Shown here one piece after another: positions 36,391 to 47,300 of a stretch of 53,059 bases of DNA. The DNA is taken from assembly GCA_002633005.1 (NCBI GenBank), contig NMRA01001120.1, positions 1 to 53,059 of the forward strand, written 5' to 3'. Source of the stretch: Phoronis australis. Taxonomy: Eukaryota; Animalia; Phoronida. The position numbers and the translations under genes are program-made. The notes beneath the pieces are model-generated. The model had not been told where the DNA came from and ran no database searches. It saw nothing but the letters and a program-made list of their open reading frames with translations. Within the stretch, counting starts at the first letter, position 1. Each line of letters begins with the position of its first letter.

Positions 36391-38110
36391 CAAGAGCCAG
36401 TAAGCAAAGATTATGGTGTTAAAACAACACAAAAATTAACCAACTGGCCTACCTGGCATGTTTCGTTCACCACTTTCCTAGTATGCTTGTGGATAATTGG
36501 TAACGAGATACGTGGCTATACATGTAGCTTACTGGCACTTGAACCAACTGGCTCGCGTAACTCTCGTGTGTGACATGCATTGGGTCGAGTAGTATCCCCG
36601 GACTTGGAACGAAACTTCATTAGTCACACGTCTTCTATGTGGGTGTGTAATGTGTAATCAAAATATTTATCGCACTTACCAAGTATCAGTTCAGTCATAC
36701 ATCTGTGTCAGATATTTCGCTCACATGACATAATTTAGCAGTCAACAGATTTTAAAAGTGGCACAGCCACTGGCGTAGCCATGGGGTAGGGCACTAGGGT
36801 CATGACCACTCTGTGCAGTGCACAAAAGCCCTCCCTCCGTCGAAACTCATTTCAATATTTCGTTATCTTCTTGTTCATTGTAAATTATCCCCACCTTTTC
36901 GTTTCAAAGTCAACTGAACGCCTTAGCAAATTTTTTTAAGAAGTGTTTTACTAATGCTTTCCTCAGCTACCATTTCATTAAGAATTTTTATCGTTGGGTG
37001 AAAAAACCCAATAATTATTTCACCATTTATTTACTCAGATTTCTCAATGCTCTTATGTTAACAGTCTTATCGTCTGAATTCCTGTAACATGTTTTCAATT
37101 TAAGTTTTTGATCTATACATGACCTTCGTGCGTTTCTTTCTGAACAAACTTCTAAGGCAACACAAACGATATGAAACGTTCATAAGTGTTCAATAATGTA
37201 GGTGATGTAAGCAAACCTTTGTAATTCATAATTGAAAGAATCCAGAGGCGGATCTACGGGGTGGAGGTTCAGGAGGTTTAATCCCCTGAAACAGGATCAA
37301 AAAAAAAACGTCGCCAGAAAAACGAAATCAGCTACAAAAACAAAAAAAAATCTTACACGGAGGGGTTTGCCCCCCTCCCGACCTTCCTTCCGCTAGGCGC
37401 TACGCGCCTCACATTCGTGCGAATCCTAAACCCCAACCCCCTTACTGAAAAAGTACATCTGATACTAAAAAAATCTGTTTGCTAAAAATTGAGAACTTAT
37501 TTTTATTTTTGGCAAACTGGCATCAGAAGGTCGTATTTTGTATCAATTTTAATGCTGCAAAAGTTGGAAATAGTCGAGTAAACGTAATGCTGATGCGTTA
37601 AAAGGTAGTCATTAAAATACGCCAAAAATATCGCGAACATGATGTAGTAACTTTTGAGAACCTCACGTCTTAAAGAGACAATCATGGCGAGAACGATATT
37701 TTTTCAGAAATTACAGTCGCAGTAGCGTGTATCGAAATCGAACAAACTAGCTACGCACTAGCAGCCGTAGGATTTGCTGCTGAACCAAATAACGCTTGGT
37801 AACTAGCTAGCAGTGTATTTTAAGCGTATCATTTGCATGATAAAGACACCAGTGTTGATTCCACATAATGTCTGTCAGACAACGGCGAGAATTGGCGATT
37901 TGTAATAAAGTCACAAAAACACAACGGATTTTTTTGTTTTACACTTCTGACCTAATAACCTCAAGACGTCTATGCCACCAAACAATACCGTAATCCCAAG
38001 ATGCGTTTTATACCAGTAAAACCGATGACGTTCCTTCAAAACTTACACCTAATATGTGATAATGTGTACGTGGTAATTACTCGGCAGACATAACTCACTA
38101 AGATAGAGGT

Positions 38111-38116
38111 TTTATT
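38111..38116 (-). terminator. Candidate polyadenylation signal of legumain A
   Basis: AATAAA on the - strand ~105 nt after the stop codon. Confidence 0.5.
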
Positions 38117-38220
38117 CAATTCATAAACATTCCAAGAGACAACAACAGTTCAATATCTCTTGACCTGACGTGCAAATAAAATCGAATTAGTTACTCCAAC
38201 CACCGTCTCTACGGATAGTT

Positions 38221-38331
38221 TCAGAATCTTGAGGTGCAGATGTTTCGCATAGCATCCTTAATTTGTTCCTGAGAGTAGCCCCTCTCGCACAAATTCACAA
38301 AGGTGTAAAGATATCGCAGGGAATGTTCATT
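38221..38331 (-). CDS. LGMN: Legumain A exon 12 (terminal)
   Basis: cag|[36 protein letters not shown] (TGA at 38221-38223). Confidence 0.93.
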   Translation of the reverse strand, partial: NEHSLRYLYTFVNLCERGYSQEQIKDAMRNICTSRF

Positions 38332-41300
38332 CTGAAGGAAAAAGTGTAAAATGTAAAATGTAGAATGCATGGAAATGAGAGTGAGATAATGTTTGAATTC
38401 TCGAAGGAATGTCTGTTTATTGAAATAATTAAAGTTATAAATGTCGAGGAGGGACAATCTTAGACTATAAAGTTTCGCGGTTTGAAAAAATAAAAAAAAA
38501 ATTCGCAACATAAAACAACTAGGATGTATATTTTGGTATCAACGATGTTTTGATCCTACGTGTAAAGGTGCATTTTGTCCTGTTTAGCTAGCTAAAAACG
38601 AAGATCGAAATCGGCATTTTATTCTCATAAAATCGATTCCAGTAATATTTCTCAATGTCGACAGCATTCTACTTCCGTTACCAAGTCACACAGGCAATGC
38701 GTACTATGCGTCATTTTTGAATTCGCAATTTTACAGTTGGCCAGACCCAATAAAGTCTGAAACGTTTTCTTGAGTCGCTTATGGCTTTGATGTTCTTGTT
38801 GGCAATGGAAATTAGAATTCTATATCGATAAGGAATACTATGAGACCGATTTTATGAGGCTAATTAAAAAGGCCTAACTCGATTTTCGTTTTCAGCCAGC
38901 TAAACATGGCCATAGAGCTTGAAAATTTAAAACACAGTTAACTAATCTCAGCCTAATTTGCTTTCAGTTTTGGGGATGTAGTTGATGTAGACGCAGAGGT
39001 ACACTTCTAGACTGCTTTGTTTGGAGGACAAATCTTGAACTAGCTAAAACCATCCAGTGTACATTTGAATAATTTTACTTACAAGGTGTATCTTCAAGCA
39101 ATTGTCATGGAAATGATCAACTGCACTCTTGTAGCAGTGGTGGTCGTTGAGGTTTTCTCTGGTTTCCAATATCTCCGTGTATTCGTTGGCGCTTTCTTTC
39201 ACAACATATTTAACCAATCGCTTGAACAGATTTTTGATACTGCGGCGTTGCATTAAGAGGTCCTTCAGATCTTTAGAGATTTCTTTCTCTTCTTCGGGTG
39301 TATCCGCATCTACTAGTCGACGTTTCAGTACCACGACGGGCACGTCTGGGGCTGGGATCGGGTCTTTCTGAAAAACAGAGGCCGAAATAAATGCAAATGT
39401 TGAAGATAAGTGATGACTGTCAGATGTATAGAAAATGACGTTGACTGATCAAACTGAATGAGGGTGTCGCATCCCAGGGCTTCCTGATCCTACCCTTTCG
39501 GCATCATAGCTCGTAGAGTTTCACAAAAAGTGTCTTTTTCACAGTTACAAAATTCGTGGTACAGTTACCTCAAAGTCACTGTTTTGGTTTTCTGAACGCT
39601 TTATGGTTGTAATCTTTGGCCAATGACGTGTGATGCATTTCATCCTTCAGGATGCTCTGTTAACAATACAACATAAAATGTCGTGGTGATTTCATTCATC
39701 TACTTCACTTATCGACATTGAAGACCAACGTGCATGCACCAGTAGGTGATACATTATTACCCTAGCTGTATATCTTTGAATTAAGATATACTTTAACAAA
39801 AAGCGAACTTCAATGTAAAGTCAAGCGGTTTCCTAATCTGTTCAACAGCTAGGAGGCAGCGTGGTCTAGTGTGATAGGTGTCCGCTTTCTGTACTCGAGG
39901 TCGTGGGTTCGAGTCCCACTGGGTCACACTGGTAAACCCTAGCTCCTCAGCTCGGTTTTAAAAGTATAAATTACTAAAGCACAAACATGGGTTCAGGTGA
40001 TCAGTTTAATAGGTCCACATGCGCGGCCTGCGTACATCTGGTACAACGCGTACCAAACCGCCTGCAAATTTTCTTTTAATAATCTGTGCAACAAATCACG
40101 ATGGCATAACCCGCGATTACTACAAAACGCTCTCTTTAAGATAAGACGACTTATTGCCATGGGGACCCAACAAGGCGGGGATGGTTATGTTCCTCACCAA
40201 AAATGCAACTCCTTGGCGAAAAACATATGGTTATATAGGACCCTATCAAAAGGTCTGTACATTCAGTCAATTATCTACAAAAAATATTAAATTTAACTCA
40301 GTCCTTTCTAAAAGTACCAGACAGCCTGTAGAATTCAACATTTGTCTTTATATCAAGCTGCTATTGGTTGGGTCACGTGACCAGTTTTCTGTCAATTAAA
40401 AAAGGAAAGGTATATTCACAGCAAACTAACAACATAAAAAACACGAGCCCATTTCACTAATCTAAATGTTCAAGGCGAAATCACAAAAACGTTGTTACAG
40501 TATCCTTTCGTTTTATGCAACTTTGATATTTCCATAAAAACCTATAAGTCACATTTTATGTGGTCCTCAAGCCAAAAGGGATCAGTTTAAAAACAGTACT
40601 AATAATATTTTGGAGAACAGTGCATACAGTTAAGTATCTGAAAGTTTTGTTTGAATCCGGACTAACATTTTTGAGACATGAAGTTTCGAAGTTAGACAAA
40701 TTTGTAGATGTTGGGTTCTCCTACGCAACCTTAATAACGAACAGGGAAGAAAATTTTTCAAAAACATGACGCAAAACTGTACATTTCTCCAGGTCAATTA
40801 CTCACTTCGACAGGCGGCAAATCAATGACAGGAACACTGTCAGGATCAATGTAAGCGGCTTCTCCTTGAAAGGCAGAGACGTGTTCGCTTGCCAGAGACT
40901 ACAACAGGCCAAGAACGAATTGGGTTACGTTTGCACAATATTTGTAATATTTCGTTTCCAGTTGTAAGAGGCACATCTGAACATGGAATTTGGATTGATC
41001 AGAATATAGTATAATGACGAACAGGAACACAGCATCTGGTTCAGATGTAGTTGCAACGACACCAAATGCATGTATCAACATGGCCGCTTGGTACAATACA
41101 CATTTCGTCAAACTTTCCTGGCTGCTCTGCTGACCATATGATTCATACACATAGGTAACTATGCCTTGCTGAAAGACGCTCTAGAGGTATAGACGCCTGG
41201 TAAAATTCGAATCTTGTGCGTATCAGATCAGAGGGTAAAATATACATGGGAATTATATCTAGACATAACCGCTTAAGAAGAAGGTTCAACTAGTAACTAC

Positions 41301-44300
41301 ATGAAGTTTTTCTTGCAATTCTGTTCTACGCAATCTCGAATTCGATTTTTATTGATGATTTCTGTAGACACTTGACAATACCTATATGTTAGTGAACAGG
41401 GCCCGGTCTCTAATCTTTGTACTCGAAACGAACTCGAAACTATTTTTGGCAATTTCTGTGCTCCTTTTGTGCGATCTTAAGATAATTTGTTATCAGATTG
41501 TGCTCGAATACATTATAGTTTATGCATAGGAGTTTCTAGTTCAAGTTTGCCCTTGAAGACCCTTATATTCGTGCAACGAACTCGAGTAAAAACTCGAAAT
41601 TTCGAGTTCAAACTCGAACTTATTGCTTTAATATTGGGTTTACAAACTGTGAACTAAGGGCAATAAATTATCTACGTAAGTTATTGTGTACTCGAGCATA
41701 GAATAATAGACACTTATCTTGAGTTCGCCCAAAAGTAGAGTAGAAAATGCCAAACCTAATTTCGAGTTCCATTTCGAGTAAACAGATTGGAGACCGGGCC
41801 CTGAAGTGTGCAACAGTGTTAGATTAAAGCAACCGAGCATACATTGCAAACTTACGGTTGTACCGAACTGCATGACGTGGCTTTGTGTAGTCTTTCTTTT
41901 CACAGTTTGATATTGCTGCTCAAGCGTCTCCCTGCCGAGACCCTGCGGAAAATTATTTGTTTAGTTCGACAAAGTTTGAGTACTTAGGAAAGTGCCGAAG
42001 TGCGATATGGAAAAAGAACGAGAATCATTTGGGGGACAAAACCGACTTTTCAGTATTTTCTTAATCTCATTGTCTTTAGTTCTTTGAGAGGCAACTGGAA
42101 TACCTTATCAAACACAAGTTGACATTTACATCACAATTCAGTATAGAGTACAAATATCGTGGAAACCATCGCCATTCTAATACTACTCAGCTCAAGACCT
42201 AGCATTTTGTTAGTTAATAACTGAGGTGCAACCACATGAAAGCAAGATACCAAAACAAGATGGCGTCGGAATTTTGAAATAAACGCAGAAAGCTAAGGCG
42301 AATTTTTTGGTCACTTTATGTTCCGAGACCTGTTTCTGGTAACCCGGAACTATGAATCATAGATGCACGGTAACCGCGAACGGCAAAGGCTTAATTAGCG
42401 AGTTGGGTTCTGGGCTTACCATTTCCAAACTTCGGACGTACCACCTTGGAGGGGAAAGATTGTTATTTCATTTACGATTGACCTCTCCCACAAAACGAAG
42501 ACGTCAATATATATTACCCTGTCAGAATTCTCCATCCAATTGACACTGTAAAGATCACCGAGACACGTCTGGAGACGACTGTCATAGTAGCAGGCGTAAG
42601 ACGACTCGTGGGCGTTGGCAGCAGTTGTTGCAAATACTGCAGGGACAAAATATGGCAAAAGTTTGTCTACATTGATAAGTGGCAAACACAAGCGTATGAC
42701 GACTCGCAGATATGCCTGCAAAACTTGAGGAACTCAGTACTTGCCAATGCGTGTAATATTCAACAGGAAGCTCCAGAACAATCATTTTTCGACCATCCGG
42801 AAATTTATATCGCTTTTCCATGAAAACAAGTTAATGTTTGTGAAAAAATTCGCTAGCTCGAGAAAAAGAACACTTGGTTTCTACACAGAATAAGTATGCA
42901 AATCTGCTTGATTAAACTGTAACTTAAAGGAGAATGCCAGCCCAAAAACAACCTATTTTGTATCAATTTAGATCGAGGAATTCTACTCGGCAGGTTCGGT
43001 TGCGTTACCTGACACCTGACGGCAGACGGAGGTTTTGAAATTATCCAATAACGTAATTGGTTTCACACGCAGTCTGTTCAGCAGTTCACAACACGGGTTA
43101 ATGGTGTCAGCTTATCGCTTGAATTCATCGTTTAACACCAAACTTCGATGAAAAACCATTAAAAATACACCGAGTTCTTATAAAAACGTGTTGTTTTATT
43201 TCACTGTTACGGATTTACTGGCATTTGTACACACCGTAGCCTACAAAGTTCGGCAGGCCAATTTACTAAGGTCCGTAGTTTAGGGTCGGTTCGGAGATAA
43301 ATTCGAAGTATTCTTCCGTGAAATACTGACATGAGAACCTAGATCTGTGTTCTTTATACTTGTGATTTTTTGAGTTCTAAACACACAAAACGCTTGTTAT
43401 CCCGGCCAGTGGCTCGAAACCCGATCAAGCCCGTCGCGGCCGCCGCGACTGGCACGAACATAAACCAGCTTGAGTTGGAAAATAAACCTCCAGTCAAGAA
43501 AAGACTATAATAGTGAGCCAAAGAACTAACATTCGCGCACCCAGGGGTGCTCAGGGTGCTCATTCGAGCCCCCTATTTGGCGAAGTGGGTAAAAAGGTCT
43601 GCCTCAGAGAAACAAAAAGTCCGAGAAAACGAGACAAAAGTCCACTAAAAAGGTGCAAAAGCACGATACATAGCACGCACAGCTCCGATCGTGGTGCCCT
43701 TTGTTTTAGGCGACCGACTATTTTGTTTGTAAAAGGTCCATATCCGGTCAGGAATTCGAGACCCTCCCAAATTGAAGGCTGGGTGCGCGCATGAATAATG
43801 TGTACGGAATTATTTATGTGAATTAGCCACGAAACTGAAAATCTACTTACTTGTCGGGGGCCGCGACTAGTCGGGTTCCCCTTCCACAGAGCGTCAGGGC
43901 AAAGGTTGTACAGTAACAATGATTTGAATAATGTATTTGTATTTCTCAATAAAGATTCCCCCAACATGTGACCATAGCATATAAAATCGAGTAATTGTTT
44001 CACAACAGCTTTCTGTCAGCAAACACTCGAATTAGCATGCCCTCACGCGGCCACCGTGCCCGGTCAATTACCTTTTTTTGTCGGGATCAAAAGCCGGTAA
44101 CGCAGTGGTTTATTCATTGCTGGCTTCTCAAAACATTTGCATGTATCTAATGAGACAGACTTTGTTTCAGTTTCATATAAGCATTGGCTAGGATCATATT
44201 AGGATGAGAATAATTCATTTTGAAATAGAACGCTGAATAATAAACGTCTACAAGGCAACTCGCCCAGCGCCAATCCCGACTTAGTCAAGAGCTCATCCGA

Positions 44301-47300
44301 CGAAGACTTCACGGGTCGGCTCGTTAGGTTCCACAGGCTATCAGTTCGAACCGGAATACACTGATCAAGAAATACTAGAGTGGCGCCGTGAACATGCATA
44401 GGCAACGGAACGTATGGATAGTTCTTAATTTGGTAAGCCGGAATTCGTCAGAGATATCACTGTCGACGAAATGCCGGCCACAGACACGGAGATGCTTCAC
44501 GGCCTCATACTTGCTATTAACAGCATACCTTTCATTTTTCACTACCGCGAGCCATTTCCTAAGCATTTTGGGCTCTCGAGGAAGTCGAAAAAACGATATA
44601 CCCGCTTTCTTCGCAACTTCATAGTTCGTACAAGCAGAAATGATGCACCGCAATATAGCGGCATTCACTCTTCAGACGAACCACTGACGTCACTGCGTCG
44701 TTTCTCACCTTACTCACAGGTTAACGCGACGCCTCTCGGCAAGGTGAGGTCAACCGTATGTAAGAGGCGATGTGGATATAGACCGATTAAGACGGTAAAA
44801 AAGACTTAATTAAATCGGGTGGCATTCTACTTCAATCTTTTTGCATACATGTACATACCATTGATGTTGCTGGGTAGAATATTTTCAAACATGGAGCCAG
44901 ACTCGCAAGCTTCGACGTAGATCACCATCTGTAAAGGGGTCGAGTTGCAAAATGTCTCATTGGTTGCACACGGGCTGTATTAAAAACACTTAACACATTG
45001 CAGTTAGGAGGAAATAAGAATGTGAGGTACTAAATCTGTCTATCTTCGTCACCGGGAATTGGTAGATTTAATGGAGTTCAGGGTTTTTGCAAACACACAG
45101 TGGTTTGAGTTATTGATAAGTGTATTCGCACCGTTGTGTCTTACCTGTCCATATCGGCGATTTTGGTGCATGTTCTTAATAGCTCTATTCCAGTCGCTGG
45201 AATGTAGCTGAAAACAGAAACAATCGCGTTATTTTCCATCGATACATGCCTGACTATTCAAAACGCTGTGCGTTTAGGATGACTACTACCTATACCAGAG
45301 CAACGCGGAGCATTGCAATGCGCCCAATAATGCATCGCAAACGGTGTGCTTCTAGGGGTGTTTATTTGTATCATAAAAATGGCCACTAGATTGCGCAAAG
45401 TAAGTGAAATCCACCCAAAACTGGAAACATGCCATCCCTTCTTTAATAGAACCCTATTTAACAAACCTCATAAAAATCTGTCAATGCACTTCATAGAAAC
45501 AAAGGAAACCGGAAAACGAAATTACCACTAGGGGACACGGGGTTCGTCGGATTCGTCTGAGAGTCGCCGTCGCCTATTGTCAACCTCATACACACATTCT
45601 AAATTAAATAAAGAACCTGCAGTGGGCTTAGGAGATACAGTTATGGGCGCAAAAAAACTGCCACTAGGAGGCGCCACAGCAGTCGGTGTTGTCGGAAAAC
45701 CGTCCTCTTCGCACTGCTAAGACCGTTATGTCAATTTTCACAATCATCCTTAGAGTTGTTTGGTTGATAGAGGGGAGGACGCCAAAAACAGACTAAAATA
45801 GAGTGAAAATGGTCACTAGAGGGCGCAAAATACGTCGAATCCATCCGAAAACGGGATAATATCATCGTTTTTAGTTGAAAGCTATTTATCAAATTTCATA
45901 AAAATCCGTACAGGAACTTCAGAGAAACAGAGGAAAACATGGAGAACAGCGTTTGTCGGATCCGTGTGAAAGTCGTCGTCATCTGTAGTCAACTTCATAT
46001 GAATACAATTGCTTCTTCATGGTAAAAACATACATGCCAACTTTCAAAATCATTCTTAGAGTGGTTTGATTGATAGAGGAGCAGACGCCAAAAACAGACT
46101 CTCAAACAGTAAAAATGGTCGCGCAAAATACTTCGAATGGCTTCATCGCACTAATAAATGGCTATATGCCAAAATTTTATGAAATCTGTGGAAAACCTTT
46201 GGTGATACAGAGGTTAAAGTAGAAAACTAAAATTGCCACTACGGGACACACCGGTTGCTGGATCCGTCCGAAGTTCGCTCATGCCTTCCCGTTCATAGAA
46301 GGAGCACATGTTCAAAATTTCATGAACATATATCGGACTCCGGACGGACACCGGACGGACGCCGGACGGACGCCGGACGGACGCCGGACGGACGCCGGAC
46401 GGACGCCGGACGGACGCCGGACGGACGAACGGGGATGACGGCATAATGCGCCCACATATGAATGTGTAGGCGCATAAAAACACCGCTCTCTTGTAACTCG
46501 GGCGACCTGCATTTTCGTGGAACGCACACCTGACATACGAATTACAGAGGACTTCCGAAAGAGCCTTCACCAAGAGAAAGCATCATAAGAGCTGATTCAG
46601 AAACAAGGTTCAAAAAATCATGTCTTGTACACGTAGAAAAAGAGTACGACATTTTCTCAAATTTTGATTATTTTGATTATTTAAATCTATAAGGAATTTC
46701 AGAAAGAGCCCTAGGTAGGGTAAAAAAAACTTTACTACGATATAAACTTCTTGCTTGAAACGAAAGAAATCCACCTGACTTGAACTTGTATTTCCTATAA
46801 ACGTACTCTAAAAGTTTAAAATGAACATTTTGGCAGTAAGACTTACACAGTAAATTCGAACCAACTTTAACCTACTGATTATCAAATTATGATTGGTAAT
46901 GATTCCTTTCACGTTCATGTGCGGGACCGTGACCACAAAAGTGTGCGAAAGGGTAATTTGTATTGATATCACATATATCACAGGCTACTTATAAAAGCCG
47001 TACACAGAGCGTAATAAATTAGTCTGTTGACGTTGGGGTTGGCACTTTGTACGCCAGACTCGGCCGCACTGCTAAAACTACATATCCAATCATGACATCC
47101 CAAAAGCTGTTTCAGTAAATTTTAACTTACGTATCCACCAGCAGGGAAGCACACGATGCCAGGTCCTCCATGATCGGCAAAGTTCACAAAGATGTGATCA
47201 TTTGGCCCGCTGAAAAAATATCATACTTGTAAGACGCGGTCTATACACACGTGTGATATTCAGGACAATACCGATCACCACGTCTCTTTGAATGTTTCGT

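Noticed and set aside
39852-39930. Functional tRNA gene
   Set aside because: A and B boxes are present but there is no clean cloverleaf, and it continues into a body shared with 10950-11155, so it is a SINE.
46214-46573. Overlapping RPASV/PDGRR repeat ORFs, or a CRISPR-like array
   Set aside because: An 11-bp minisatellite without spacers that is simply stop-free, in eukaryotic HINE context.
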